Source: Octopus sinensis
Lineage: Eukaryota
DNA: 64,000 nt
NCBI RefSeq assembly: GCF_006345805.1
Contig: NC_043008.1
Location: 27,962,001 to 28,026,000 of the forward strand
Reading direction: 5' to 3'
Both the position numbers and the translations under genes were made by a program. The notes under the pieces are model-generated. The model saw only the letters and a list, made by a program, of their open reading frames with translations, was not told the DNA's origin and did not search any database. This document shows positions 14,801 through 31,620 of this stretch, one piece after another (position 1 is the first letter of the stretch; each line of letters begins with the position of its first letter).

Positions 14801-15399
14801 GAATATGATTCAGAACAGAATGTCACGTTGAAATGTTTTGAAGTTGTAATGGATTCAGAGTACTTTATTTTTCAAAGAATATGTCCATTTTTATCTCGAT
14901 TCTTAATCAAATTTATATTTTTCATGGAAAACGTAAAATTCCGATTTTTACGGCTGGTTGCAAAAGCATTTTATTTAGCAATTGTTTCGTGCAAAATGCA
15001 TCGCATTTATGCGATCAATTTTATGGTTAATTGCCTCTTAAGTAAACTGAGTTTGCAGGAAACATATTTTACATCAGCAATGCGTAGTGACTATAAGACT
15101 CGCAATCGTTAAAATTAAGCTGGTATTAATATTAAAGGTGTTTTCTCTCAAACCGGCATGCACTCCATCATTTAATCGAATATCAAGCAGAAAGTCTATA
15201 TTATGATTATTTATTAGTTATCCACGAGGAACACACAATTGTAATATTGCCTTCGTTTTTAATATACTTTTCAATCTCTTTCTGTATTATGATGATGATT
15301 TTAATGATTATGATGATGATTCTAATATTATGATGGTGAAGAAAAAGGAAATGTCAGCAAGAATAAAAATAATAACGAAATGTGTCGGAAAAGGACTAT

Positions 15400-15565
15400 T
15401 GTTTTACAACCACACCAGTGTTTTATAGGTATGTAATTTATAGACGCCGAAAAGTTGTGTGACAAAGCTGACCTCGGTGGAATTTGAACTCAGAAGGCAG
15501 CGACGAACGAAATACTTCCAGCTATTTCGTCCAGTGTGCTGACGATTCCATCCGCTCTCCGCCTA
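15400..15565 (-). mobile_element. SINE family B, degenerate
   Basis: gacctcggtggaatttgaactcagaa..aaatac..gctatttcgtcc..gctgacgattc. Confidence 0.65.
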
Positions 15566-15639
15566 AATAATATTAATAATAATAATATTAATAGTAACAA
15601 TAATAATAAAAAGAAGAATAACAAAACAAATAAGCCATC

Positions 15640-17285
15640 TATTTTGTATGGATGACTTAAAACTCTATGGTAAAGACGATAATGAATCTGAAGGCCTATT
15701 GCGCACTGTGAAAGCATTCAGTGATGACATCGGGATGGAGTTTGGGCTTGAGAAGTGTGCCAAGGCCACTTTCCAGGAAGGGAAAGTGAAGACAACAAAT
15801 TCAGTCGTGTTAGATGTTGACACAGTCATAAGAGAGTTGAGCAAGAACAAACCTACAAATATTTAGGAATAAATGAAGGCTCTGGTATTCAGCATGCAAG
15901 CATGAAAGAGAAGATCAGGAAGGAATGTTATCGGAGAGTTCGAGCAATCCTGAAATCTGAACTAAATGCACGTAACAAGTTGTTAGCTATAAATTCCTTA
16001 GCAGTTTCATTTGTTACTTATAGCTACGATGTGTTGAACTAGAATATGAGTGAAGTAAAGAAAATAGATAGGAAAATACGCAAGCTACTGAGTTGTAATA
16101 GAATGCACAACCCAAAGGCAGACGTAGATCGCCTTTATCTTCCCAGAGCCCAAGGAGGTCAAGGCCTGATCCAGTTTGAACTAGCTTAAAAACAACTACA
16201 ATTGGACTGGCCAAATATCTTGAAATAACGAATGACTGGATGCTAAATCTCGTGGAAAATCACGAAAGAAGCTTCATTCTATCATAAAGGAAAGCAAAAA
16301 ATTTGCTATTGATCTCGTGCAGGATACCCAAACTGAACAATCCGAGGGAAGTACGGCAACTATTGCTGCAAAGAAGGTGAAAATAATGGCAACGAAAAAG
16401 AGCACAAGCAATTGGCTGATAGGTGGGAGGAGAAACCTCTACACGGCAAGTATGTGGTCCGTAGCAAACAAGCTGATGTTAACCAGAAGCAAACCCATCC
16501 AGGCAGCTCAAGATCAAAGACTATTAACCCGGAACTACCAGGCCAATGTGATGAAAAATGGAGCAGACCCAAAATGCCGATTCTGCAACGACATGATTGA
16601 AACAGTGGACGACCTAATCTCTGGATGTAAAGTTTTAGCACCAGTAGAGTATAAATTAAGACATGACAGAGTTGGCCAATATCTACACTGGCTAATAAGT
16701 CGGCATTACAATATCAAAACTAAAGCTGTAACTGAAGGAGAAAATGTTACAATTCTGTGGGACTTTCCAGTACATACAGACCGAACAATCAAAGCCAACA
16801 AACCGGATATTTTTGTGAAAGACCAAAACAATAAAGTTTGCTTATTGATCGACATGACCATCCCCTGTGATCATAATATCTCAGCGAAAGAATTTGACAA
16901 GCTCAGAATATATAATAACCTGCTCATTGAAATTGAGAAAATGTGGCATCTCAAGGCGGTTACAATACCAGTGATCGTAGGAGCACTTGGAATGATCAAG
17001 AAGTGAACCGAAAATTATATGAGAATGATCCCTGGCTTACCATCCCTGCAAGATGTGCAAAAGGTTGTCTTAACTGGAACATCACAGGTATTGAGAAGAG
17101 CATTGTCGATGTGAGAACTACGATTACCCATGTAATTTAATTTACCTCTTTTCCTATAAAAAAAATGAACGCACTAGTGAGTTTAGCTTAATGGCCTACC
17201 AATGTATACCATGAGTTTCTTTGTCCTAGGAGTCGGGAACACACTCGGCAAGAAACGGAAGCAAATTTAAAAGAAGAAGAAAAAC
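15640..17285 (+). mobile_element. 5'-truncated R4/Dong-type LINE (RT C-half, Zn knuckle, REL endonuclease)
   Basis: YMDDLKLY..FSDDIGMEFGLEKCA; CRFC..ETVDDLISGC; RHD; ILWDFPVHTDRTIKANKPDI..LIDMTIP..K..Y; IPVIVGALG. Flanked by (TAA)-rich tracts on both sides. Confidence 0.95.
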
Positions 17286-17287
17286 CC

Positions 17288-17354
17288 ATAAATAATAATA
17301 ATAATAATAATAATATAATAATAATAATTAATAATAATAATTAATAATAATAAT

Positions 17355-17401
<47 letters not shown>

Positions 17402-17414
17402 TAATAATAATAAT

Positions 17415-17505
<91 letters not shown>

Positions 17506-17523
17506 GTAATAATAATAATAATA
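17288..17523. repeat. (TAA)n microsatellite
   Basis: Direct inspection. Confidence 0.95.
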
Positions 17524-18298
17524 AGCTCAGGACTCAAAGCAGAGACGGAGGGATTTTTAATTGCACCACAAGACCAAAGTATCCTCGCAAGAAATTAGCA
17601 ACACCATATAATGAAAAGAAACATAAGAATAACTGCGGAATATGTGGAGATGGACAAGAAACAATAAATCATATTATCTCTGACTGCCCAGTCCTGGCTA
17701 AGAAGGAATATATTCAGAGACACGACAGAGTCGGGACCTATATACACTGGAAGTTATGCCAACGTTATGGAATAACAACAGAAAAAAGATGGTATATTCA
17801 CACGCCAGAAAATGTCACAGAAAACGAGAAAGCAACCATACTCTGGGATATGCCAATACACACAGATAGAGAAATTAAGGCCAACAGGCCAGATATAGTT
17901 GTCAGGGATCATGAAGAAAAAATGCTTTCTAATTGATGTATCAAAACCAGCAGATGACAACGGGTCTCTAAATGAAATGGAGAAACTTTCAAAATACAAA
18001 GACCTGGAAATAGAGGTAACGCAAATGTGGAATCTAAAAACAGAAACAATTCCTATCATAGTAGGTGCATCAGGTATGATGAAAAAAACTCAGACAAATA
18101 CATAACAAAACACCAGGACTTACAAACATATGTAACATACAGAAAATTGCACTACTGGGCTCCCCACATATCCAACGCAAAACGCTTTCAATACAGTAAC
18201 TATCAGAACATCATAACAAATCACAGCACATACCCAAGACATACAGAGCTGCGCTCGGTCGTGAAGTGAAAGCACGCTATAAAAATAAAACTATTGAA
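17524..18298 (+). mobile_element. Short 3' fragment of a second R4/Dong family
   Basis: SGLKAETEGFLIAPQDQ, ETINHIISDC, RHDRVG, ILWDMPIHTDREIKANRPDIV, LIDVS..EKLSKYKDLEIE..IPIIVGA. Embedded in (TAA)n. Confidence 0.92.
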
Positions 18299-18396
18299 TA
18301 ATAATAATAATAATAATGATAATAATAATAATAATAATAATAATATAATATAATAATAATAATAATAATATTAATAATAATAATAATTATAATAAT

Positions 18397-18760
18397 ACTC
18401 TTTACTCTTTACTCTTTACTCTTTACTCTTTACTTGTATCAGTCATTGACTGCGGCCATGCTGGAGCACCACCTTTAGTACTTTTTATCGGTCTCTTTTT
18501 GCCGAACCGCTAAGTGACGGGGACCTAAACACACCAGCATCGGTTGTCAAGCAATGCTAGGGGGACAAACACAGACACACAAACACACGCATACATATAG
18601 ACATTATATACGACATCTTTCAGTTTCCGTCTACCAAATCCACTCACAAGGCATTGGTCGGCCCGGGGCTATAGCAGAAGACACTTGCCCAAGATGCCAC
18701 GCAGTGGGACTGAACCCGCAACCGTGTGGTTGGTTAGCAAGCTACTTACCACACAGCCAC
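18397..18760 (-). mobile_element. SINE family A, full length
   Basis: (CTCTTTA)n tail at left, body, and tRNA head rc (gggactgaaccc..ttaccacacagccac) at right. Confidence 0.9.
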
Positions 18761-18768
18761 ATAATAAT

Positions 18769-18827
<59 letters not shown>

Positions 18828-19394
18828 CAACAACAACATTCTTATGCAATACAAGACATTGGTTGTCATGTTTCTGATCCTTACTGACTGAAGTGTTATT
18901 GCGAGCATGCATTGCTTTCGTGGAAAAGATGTGCTGCTCCAAATATTCTGCTTAATATAGAATTGCTTGACCTGAACCATTTGATCATGTCCCCTACTGC
19001 CTGCTAATATGTGCATCACTCATCACGTGCAGGTGTAGTGGGATTGAGTACCAAAGCAAGGTTTGGGAGCATTTATTGTTTTGAATAATTCCTCCCTAGA
19101 AATATGGGTGTTTCATTCATCATCGTTTAACAACACATATTCAAGGAACTTTTAAGTAGATGTGCTACAGAACATGAGGTAAATTCAAACTGGGTCCCAA
19201 CTATTAGGTCATGTTCTATTTATCTTGATATGACTCATCATGCAGATATAGTTGTAATACATGTACCTAGTGTAACCTAATAAGAAGGGGAGTTACATTG
19301 GGCATATTGGCCTTCGTGCCTTTCTACCTCAGAGTCATTTTTATGAGCTGCTATCTCATAATAATAATATTAATAATTCGGAAAATGTGTAATC

Positions 19395-19590
19395 GATTGC
19401 ACTGAGGCCAGTGTCCAACTGGTACTTATTTTATCGATGTGGAAAGGATAATAGGCAAAGTCGACTACAGCAGAATATGAACACAGGATGAAGATACTGA
19501 TGAAATGTCGCTAAGCATTTCACTTGGCGAGGTAACGATTCTGCTAGCTCGCTGCCTTACGCAGTGATGATGATGATGATGATGATAATG

Positions 19591-19651
<61 letters not shown>

Positions 19652-19665
19652 TAATAATAATAATA

Positions 19666-19697
<32 letters not shown>

Positions 19698-19975
19698 ATT
19701 TGTACAATTGGCACAAGGAGCTAGTAGATTACATTGAAACCAGTGCGTAACTTGTACTTAATTATGAAGGTGGCGAGCTAGCAGAAATGCTACCACGTCG
19801 GTCGAAATGCCCAGCAGTATTTCGATTATGTTTATGTTGTGAGTTCAAATTCCACAGAGTTCAAATTCCATTCGGGGTCGATAAGTTAAGTACCACTTGC
19901 GTACTGGAGTCGATCTGATCAACTGGCTCCGGCCCACAATATTTTGGGCCTTGTGGCTAAAGTAGAAAATATTAT
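19395..19975. mobile_element. Two SINE family B copies in opposite orientation around a (TGA)n/(TAA)n microsatellite
   Basis: 19395-19560 minus; 19766-19975 plus (ggcgagctagcagaa..gagttcaaattcc..ttcggggtcgataagttaagtacca). Confidence 0.75.
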
Positions 19976-20484
19976 CTACGTATGAAAGTACCTGTGGTGT
20001 GTGTCACAGTTAGGCGAAAGGAAGATGTAAAAAGAGAGAAATAAAACTTTTTAAGCAGAGGAAGTATAGTTGAAGCTAGAGGTAAAGCAGCAAAGAGAAG
20101 GGAGTGAGAGAGAAAGTGTGTGTGTGAGAGAGAAGATTGATAGGACTGAGAGATAGTAGAAACGCGTTAAAAGCAGGTGACGTGTGAGAGGCAAGGAAAC
20201 AGAGGAGGGAGAGGGGAGAGGGGAGAGGGGAAAAGAGAGAGACAGGGAGAGACAGGGAGGAAAGAGAGATTTAGAGAAAGATGGTTAGAAGGAAGGGAGT
20301 GAATAGAAAATATTAGTGAAAGAATGAAAAGGATTTCATATCGTCATAGAGAAAACGGTGGAAAATTTTCGCTTTGGACGAGATATGATAAAGCTCCTGA
20401 AAATATGAAAATTCAAAAAGAAATGTTGCCTATCTATCTGTTTCACAGTTATTCAGTCTGTCTGTCTGTCTCTCTCACATACAT

Positions 20485-20524
<40 letters not shown>

Positions 20525-21584
20525 ACTATATGTGGATGTTACTGTTACTCAAGGGTGAGGTAGAAAGAGAAAGATATATAAAAAGGTGTTAAGCAGAGGA
20601 GATACAGTTGAAGTGAGTGACGAAGCTAGAGAGAGAGAGAGAGAGAAAGAGAGAAAGGATAGAAAGGGAGTGAGAGAGAAAGAGAGTGAGTGGTGTCTGA
20701 AACGAAGGTGCCGTTCGTGTTGTGTTTCTAAATGTTTATCGGTATTTTGAGAGTAGTCACACACGCACATACACACAGTGTTCGAGATAGTTTTTACTTT
20801 TGACGATCTCTTTAACTGTGGTTTTGTGATTTTAATTTTTTTTTATCAAACTTTCTCATTTCGAAGTTGTGTTTCAATATGCAGGTAGATGCAAATGAAA
20901 CCATTTTGTTTTCTTTTCTCTTATCATCGTTAGTAAGAAAGTTTCATTTTAGTCTTGAGTTTTTAACACATCTTTTTTCATTTTCGATTATTTTCGTATC
21001 GTTCTATTCAATGTTAGATACTTGTTCGCTTGCTGTGTAAACCACAACCTGTACCTAACATCTTTGTACGACGAATAAAGTTATAGGAAATTTTTAAGAC
21101 CCGATATCCCAGATCCATCACACCACCTCTCCTTGTAGTTTGTTAAAGATAATGGTAGTGATGATACTCATTATAAAATGATAGTAATATATATGTTAAT
21201 TGGGTTGATAACAAGAATAGTAACATTAGTGGTAATCATAATTTTGGAGGTAGGGACGGTAATGCTAGTTATAATAATCATAATATCCCAAGTTAATTGG
21301 CATCCTAGGTAATTTTGTTTGTTAGTGAGGTTCTTTTGTTTGTAAATAAACATTCCTGATATTTACAATTAAATACAATAGAGGTAGTCTGTCATTAAAC
21401 AATTTAATCAATTCTCTATGAATCGTTACTTAAACTTGCAAGGGAATGAAGATGTAGCGATTCGGTAAACAATTCCGAATCGAGAACTCATTTGACAAAA
21501 TACATATGACTGAAGAAAGGTTTTGCAGGGTCTGGAAGATATAATGGAGGGGCAGTTTAGCATGAGTATTAAGTGTAAGCTTCA

Positions 21585-21629
<45 letters not shown>

Positions 21630-21639
21630 TATATGCATA

Positions 21640-22066
21640 CATACATATATAGCACCCGACGCGCTAATGATTCTTATTTCTCTATTGCCGACAAGGGGCT
21701 AAACATAGAGGAGATAAACAAGGACAGGCAAAGAGATTAAGTCGAATTCATCGACCCCAGTGCGTAACTGGTACTTAATTGATCGACACCGAAAGGATGA
21801 AAGCAAAGACGACCTTGTCCTACATATGTATATAAATATATACATATATATATGCATATATGCATACATACATATATAGCACCCGACGCGCTAATGATTC
21901 TTATTTCTTTATTGCCGACAAGGGGCTAAACATAGAGGAGATAAACAAGGACAGGCAAAGAGATTAAGTCGAATTCATCGACCCCAGTGCGTAACTGGTA
22001 CTTAATTGATCGACACCGAAAGGATGAAAGCAAAGACGACCTTGTCCTACATATGTATATAAATAT

Positions 22067-22075
<9 letters not shown>
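21640..22075 (-). repeat. Near-identical 227-bp tandem duplication containing a SINE B 3' part
   Basis: Units start agcacccgacgcgc at 21651 and 21878. Confidence 0.9.
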
Positions 22076-22129
<54 letters not shown>

Positions 22130-22169
22130 AAAACTGAAAATGGAGATGTACTGATGAACAACAACTGAC

Positions 22170-23400
22170 TTACACCAATTATTATTTATCAACTCAATGC
22201 AAATAAACTGCGTCCCATCTGACAGCTGGTTCTGCTTCCAATGTTGTATAGTATTGCCATTGATATGCAAACGTTACGTAAAATATGCATCATATTTGGT
22301 AATAAAGCCGATCTGAAATAAGGAGTATCACCAGAGTGAAGACTAAACCAAAGTAGCAATTGGTGGATTGATTCGATGTTCAGGTTAGATTGGATAGATA
22401 CATAATAAAATATAAAAATACAAGAAATTATAACGCGGCAAGAGGTTTTAGTCGGAGGAGAGATGTAGATACAGTAAGGTTTCATATTAGTCATAATAAT
22501 TTACAAAAGCTGTGTTTGTAATATTAATTAATAGTATTACTCATAATAAATTGTTAACAGGTTAAATGTATTTTCAGTTATTTACTAGTAGGTGGTTAAG
22601 CCTTTCGACGTGTTGTCCAAATTGTGATAGGCGAAGGTCCAACGTTCGAAGTAACTGGTCAGTTGAAATTTAAGAACAAATCACCAGCTATTAAGACCGT
22701 TATACAGGGTAAGATAAATAAATGAAAAGGCAGGTGGTATTTGTTGTAAGAGTCCCCAAGAAGCTTAAAACAGTAAATGTTAGATTAAAAAATAATATTA
22801 TGGAATACATATTACAAGAGGAGGAAGCACTTCGTACATTTAGGAACTAAGACAATTAGGTTTGGAAATGGTTGAACAGTTTATTAAAAGGAGTATGAAA
22901 TTACTAAAAACAATGAAACTGATTTATACCGTAGGAAAGATATGGAAATAACAATTATAATATATATTGTATTGCTATATTAATACATACATAGCTACAT
23001 GCATATGCCAGTTTAAACAAATAAATCTCCCAATGCAAGTATTAATACACATAATAACAATAATAACAATATTAATAGCACGGAGATAAAAGCTACCCGC
23101 AGAACAAACATCAAGCAAATACATACCTAAAAGGGGCTGTGGGGTGTTAAGTTAGTATTAAAGTGTTGAATAAATACATATTTAATTATGAGGAGGCGGG
23201 AAGTGAAATGTGTAAGTCCATTGGGGGTCTTCATTAATTAGAAGTAGACCTATGCTGACTTAGAGTGCTCTAGAATAAACTAAAGTGAAACAAGCAAACA
23301 ATGAGTATGCGATGTAAAGTATGTTGCAAATTAGAGACGAATTCATTCGTTATTATGTAACAAAAAAGAAACGCCACTTGTGCATCGATGACATTTTTTC
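22170..23400 (-). pseudogene. Decayed PLE fragment (RT N-terminal region and 5' region)
   Basis: KPYCIYISPPTKT..SNLN..LLLWF resembles the PLE RT 'CRLINP.KS..NQW....WF' block. 23200-23360 is an inverted homologue of 23886-24040. Confidence 0.5.
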
Positions 23401-23829
23401 CATTTAAAGTCTAGATTACTACTACTCAACGCCAGGGAAGAGCGAAATATACCTGTCTGCACAAGGATAAATTTGCTTTCTCTATGTATGAAAAAAGTGT
23501 AGGCATCTAATAGGCCTTTTCTCCTTTAACTGTACCCATAATTCTTCCCCAGGGAAATAGTATAATTCGATTCTAAATGTTGCCAAAATCTACTTCTAAT
23601 TAAGTTTGGTTAATAGATTTACTTATCAAGGTTCCTTTTAGGTAACCCAACAATATACCCTTACAATGATCTATCTGAGTTTTAAGATGTTTCTCCCATG
23701 TATAGCAACTAAATGATATTATATTATATTGCATCATTTTACTACCCCTCAGTATAACCTTAACACATTCTTATAACCATATAATACAAGTTACCTTAAC
23801 TCTTAAAATAAATTTCGTCTACAGAGGGC

Positions 23830-25230
23830 ACAAGTATCCATTCCCCTACCATACAACCCCCCCTTTATCATACCTGGACCCTCGACCATAATAAGGAATA
23901 AATTTGTCTGTATTTGTAACATACTTTACCATTGCATGCTCATTGTTTGCTTGTCTCATTTTAGTTTATTCTAGACCACTCTAAGTCAGCATTGGTCTAC
24001 TTCTATTTTATAAAGACCCATCTACTGGATTTACACATTTAACTACAACCAGTCCATAAACCTAGTTCTCCCGAACAAGGCAATAATATTCATTAAGCGC
24101 AACTCCGACCCCACTAGGGAAGAAATATGTATGAATTTAGCACTAGGAACACTTTAATAGAATACGGAGGAAAACTCTGAGCGCCATCAGACAAAGTTGA
24201 CTCATTCGACATAACAATGGGGTCTAGCATCTCTGCGCAAGTCAGGTATAGTAGGCATAAACTTATTATCGCAAATCTTATTATCGCTGAGCTTAGCGTG
24301 GGGATTATAAACATACGACATTTGTTCACTATACAGAAAAGTAGCAACGTAGAAATAGAAATTTGCCAAAAAAACTTTTCAAATTCCTTAATATATTTTG
24401 ATCGGAAACTGAATAGAAAAAACACTAAATGGTAAAATTCTTTGACATAAAGTTTAACCTTACCGAAACGTTCTATAAGCTAAATGAAAACTTTAAATTT
24501 TTGAGCCGAGGATCCAACCATACGTAACATATGTGAAGCATGCGAAGAAGCGTGGGTAATAGAATATCCACAACTGAACGGATATTCGATATGCATGCCG
24601 AGTATTTCAACTCAGCACTCAGAGTATAATATATAGCGAAAATAAGACAGAAAGTGTACGATGCCCAGGGGACATTATTAATAGGAGGGATAATCATATG
24701 CGTAACCGCAGCGCACCGGAACCTAGAAAAATAGAAATTATGACAGAGACCAAAAGAGAAAGAAAAAAACATGACACTAAAAGAGATAGATATAAAACAG
24801 AATCCACGAAACTACGATGATAGTAATAATGATAACAAAGCAGGAGAATGCACTATGAAACCAAAGCGATATATTAAAAGAGATGAAAAATAACTTATGA
24901 AATTATTTGGCTTAACCCAATCTGCAATTCACAACTGAAATCCAAAATAGGTCAAAGATTTTTCGCAGCATTCGATAAGCACTCACCGAAATACCCAGAT
25001 AACTAGATTAACCTTCATGCTAGAATAGAAATGGATGGATATTCCTCTGTTTTACATCCGCTAATGATATATCCCATGAAGACATTAGTCAATGAAAATG
25101 TCCACGGATACTACAGACGGCACTGTAATCATTCCAGGAATACAGATCGTGATCTTAAGAGAAATGTGATATCAGGATTCGCGCGTAGCGATGCATAAAA
25201 TGCTTATAAATTCCATCCAAGAATTATTGT
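23830..25230 (+). pseudogene. Decayed PLE, RT core
   Basis: SFDITMGSSISAQV..GINLL and frameshifted VKFFDIKFNL motifs. Same type as the RT at 51680-51960. Confidence 0.7.
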
Positions 25231-25237
25231 TATATTA

Positions 25238-27618
<2,381 letters not shown>

Positions 27619-27689
27619 ATATATATATATATATATTATATATATATATGTATATATATATTTTCATATATATACATACATATGCATAT

Positions 27690-27872
27690 AAATTCAACAA
27701 CAATTGAGGAATGACCTTAATAGGCCATTCGACCCACTAGAAAGAGCAGCCAGGACTCAAACCGCCAAGTAGTAGTAATCCAGAAATTAGAGAAAATTTA
27801 AAAACATTTACCCTAAATCATCTTTAGACAATGCATTGTTTCGGTGTTTTTAATGGCAAACCAGCTTAATAG
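27690..27872 (-). mobile_element. Truncated relative of the HHR element at 62104-62944
   Basis: taataggccattc..ccactagaaa..cagcca..agagaaaatttaaaaacatttaccct is shared. Retains the HHR 3' half GAAA-CAATGCATTG-TC (rc 27827-27842). Flanked by (TA)n. Confidence 0.8.
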
Positions 27873-27899
27873 ATATACATAAATAGATATACATATCTT

Positions 27900-27956
<57 letters not shown>

Positions 27957-28139
27957 TATATATATATACATATATATGTGTATATGTATATATATACTGT
28001 GAGGTGACATTATGTAGCAGTGAGAAGGAATTCATAACCATATTATATATACATATATTGTGTGTGTGCGTGCGTTGCGTGCATATATATTTGTGTTTGT
28101 TTTATATTCTGAATTTATTTCCTATATAGAAAAAATTGG

Positions 28140-28177
<38 letters not shown>

Positions 28178-29949
28178 TATATTAACTATTATAAAAATCT
28201 GATGTTCGCTCCATAGAGCATGAAACCTGAATTTGTATCGGCATAAATTGTTTTGAGCCTGAAAATATGTAATAATATATCACTGAGTGTAAGTTACCAT
28301 GCGAATGAAACTGCGCTCTAAATTGAAAAGAATGTTTATTAAATGAGGAATGTTCCACACTAAAACAATCTAATACGCGCCGACATATTGTTTGCCTGTT
28401 TATTTGGTGTACAATATCGCGTACGGATACAAAAGGTAAAATATTAAATTTATCTCTATCTCCATCCAAAGAATATTTCCTTCATGAATCTTCAATTAAA
28501 CTTCAAATCCTTGTAAAGTATTTGGATATATACTTATGAAAAGACAAAATTTAATAACGTATATATAACATTGTTTCATCAAGCACATTATTCATGTTCC
28601 AACTTCTTTCCTGTTCCTAGGAATATGTTTTGATATATTTCTGCAGCATACTGCTACGTTTGACAGAGGAGACGTCTGTTTGAAAACAATTCAGACTTTC
28701 AGTCTCCTTATTTGTATTGAGTCTCTTAATATGCAAGCAGTGTTATGTTGCTCCCTCTAATACATGATGTTTGCATAATTACCAAACAGGATAACACACA
28801 AAGATACGAAGATTAAAGAGAAATAAAAAATCTGCCTGAAGGTGGCAGCGTTATGTAAGCTAAGCAATGGATTTCATTTCAATAACGTGTATTTCATCTT
28901 TACTTACGACTTCGAAAAACATGGACTCACTTATATGACTCGAAGAGTATATTGAACAAAATGAAATATGAGTCAGTCTTGTCTGAAGAACAAAATGCAT
29001 TAATATCCTTGGGTGGACTGATAAAATCATTTTTATTTGTAGCTAATTATTGGGAAAAGATAATCTTTTCGAGTAGATGACTGCAATTTAAAATTCATCC
29101 ACACGCGATAAAACAATTTATTCTACTTTTCGCTAGCAGACTGATGTTGCACATAATGAAAATATACTGTGCAATGTAGCCAAAATGATTGAGAAAAAGG
29201 CTCTGTAGCAGGTTTATCCGAATAATTGCAATGCGGGTACCATACACCGCATACATAATTTCAGGGCTCTCAATTACGCTATAGACAATTTCAGATATTG
29301 CCACAAATCGATGTCTGTATTTTAGATATTACCACAAACCGATGTCTTTGGAGCAAATATTACCTGTCATATTCTAGCAAATCACTTGTGAGAAGAGAAG
29401 AAGCAATTATCTTATCGGAAATAGTGAATAGAGACGCATCAGCAGAACCGTTTGCAATTGATTTACTTTTAATTATACTTTATCATAATCTACGAGTTGT
29501 GAATGAAATATTTTAATGCAATCTTTCAATACGGTGTGACATTTTACTGATTATTATTACACACCTTTTCGAAATATGAGTCTCTGATGGAGATTAACAT
29601 ACCGATGCATATTGTAATGCCTGAAAAAATGTAAATAAATCTCCAACCATCATTTATTCTCGTCAGTCCTCTCGTACTTTAATTCCCAAACTGTAACTGA
29701 AAGTAGGGGATCCAGTGAAGTCGTTTGTACACTCAGATACATCATAATCAGCAGCAATCACTAAAACAAATGGAAGCAGTTAGGACCTATGTGATCAAAG
29801 TCATCAAAGACGTCGATTTCGGGGGTTTGTATATAATGAAATGATAAAAAATATGTATACACTATATACACTAAAGATGAAGGTACATATGCATAGCATA
29901 CAGAGGTAGAAATATATTTTTTAAATGGCGGGGAGGATAATAGAGATGT

Positions 29950-31620
29950 GAGCGATTTCCCACAAACAAAAATAAAAGGGAGTGAATTCGTCTCTCAGTT
30001 TAAAACATCGCTAGACATTTATGACCGGAAACAGAGCTACCAAACAAATACATGCGATTTTCGATATGTCTGCCTACGATATGACAAATACACCCACTCA
30101 AGGAAAATGGAAGCGGTGTTATATCAAAACGTTGACAATGAACTAACTGACCTATCTCCTATTGTCACCGTCAATGCTTTAATGACAAGCCAAATCTCAT
30201 GCCGAGTCGATCATCACCCGGGACAACAAGGACAGCGTTACTCAGTGGAGGACCAGACTGAAGTCAAAAAGTCTACTGCTGGAACAAACTCTTTAAACAA
30301 CGAACTACGAGGGTAACACAAGACATATTGTGATACCACGAAAAACATCCCTTAAAGCAAGACGTATAAACGGGACTAGAGAGGATTATAGAGGTATGTC
30401 GAAAGATGTTCATATAGCCAAGCTAAACCCAAAATATAACCGCATTGTATAAACATACATTTCATGGAGAAGCTTAATAGGCAACGGAGTACGCAGATAT
30501 ATAAAGGCAAATAACTTAGGTAATGTACTTAGAGACATCAGTAAATATTAAAGGTTATATGACGCATAAATTAGCTAAATTAGGAAACAAATATCTCATG
30601 GCAGACAAAATAAATAGAACAACAAGGCAGACGAAATAGGGAACAAATGCACAGAACCCAGTATATAAATAGCACATTTCAACGAAGGCTGAAGACTGAA
30701 TAACGAAGAACAGAAAAGCGGGAAAAGAGAAGAAAGTAAACCTACATCAAGAACACCAAAATAAATATCATACAAAGTTTGAAGTGAATAATAAAGAGAA
30801 GATCATTGAAGGAAAAGGAAATATTGTGAGAGAACTCAACAAGACAGATTTTTTCTGGCATGATCAATAGGGAACCACTACCAAATTTTTCACAGAGTAT
30901 AAAAAATAGCAACGCAATCTTGATATGTAATGTTGCTCTTAGCCATATATAAAGAAATAAGGGAAATGTCCTAACAAAGTTAAATAACCTCATCTATTCC
31001 ACTTCTTAAGTGGATACTGCTCAACTAGATATAAGGACGACACAGAAAAGGACCAACCATGTCAATAGCCCTCCTAAGTGGAAAATAGCAATACAAAATT
31101 CGATCGAATCTCTGCGGGCGGATGTGCCAGTTTTCTATAAACTTTTTTGAGGAGTAAATGTTAAGACAAAATAAGCTACAAAAATCAAAAATATATATAT
31201 ACCTCCATGCAACCAAGGAAATGGTGAAGTGAAACAACGAATAAAACTGAAAGCCTAACGACTCAGAAAATATGACAAAAGAATCACATTTTTTTGACAA
31301 AACAAGGTATTCAAGTCGGACGCAAAGAAATGTTATAGTGAAATTGGCAAAAGCAAGATAGAAGTAAAAGAGCTACTTAAGATTCAGGAAAGATTTCTGC
31401 CATCTAAGATTTCTGGAAGAAGGTAAAAATCAACGAGAAAGAATATGTTGCTGAAGCTCACTGGATAGAAAGTGAGCAAATGAGAGTGGATGAAGTTGAA
31501 GAGTAGAAATGGGAAGCAATAGGTGTAGAAGAGCTAAGATATGTTCTAAGAAAGTCTAATAAATAGAAAACACAACGACCGGACCGGATACCTAACTTCT
31601 GGCTGAATTCTTACCCTATG
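29950..31620 (+). mobile_element. Decayed 5'/middle part of an R4/Dong LINE
   Basis: FW..V, ELRYVLRKSNK*K...PDRIPNFWLNS matches the R4 RT N-terminal W.K.PGPD.I.NFW motif. Many stops. Confidence 0.65.

Noticed and set aside
16317-17006. Functional 229-aa protein
   Set aside because: Frameshifted fragment of a truncated R4/Dong LINE.
18839-19360. Interspersed repeat between TAA tracts, perhaps a LINE UTR
   Set aside because: No second copy or coding motif in the window to support an identity.
25140-25195. HHR at the end of the plus-strand PLE
   Set aside because: CTTAAGA..CGCGTA is suggestive, but the core and GAAA are too decayed.
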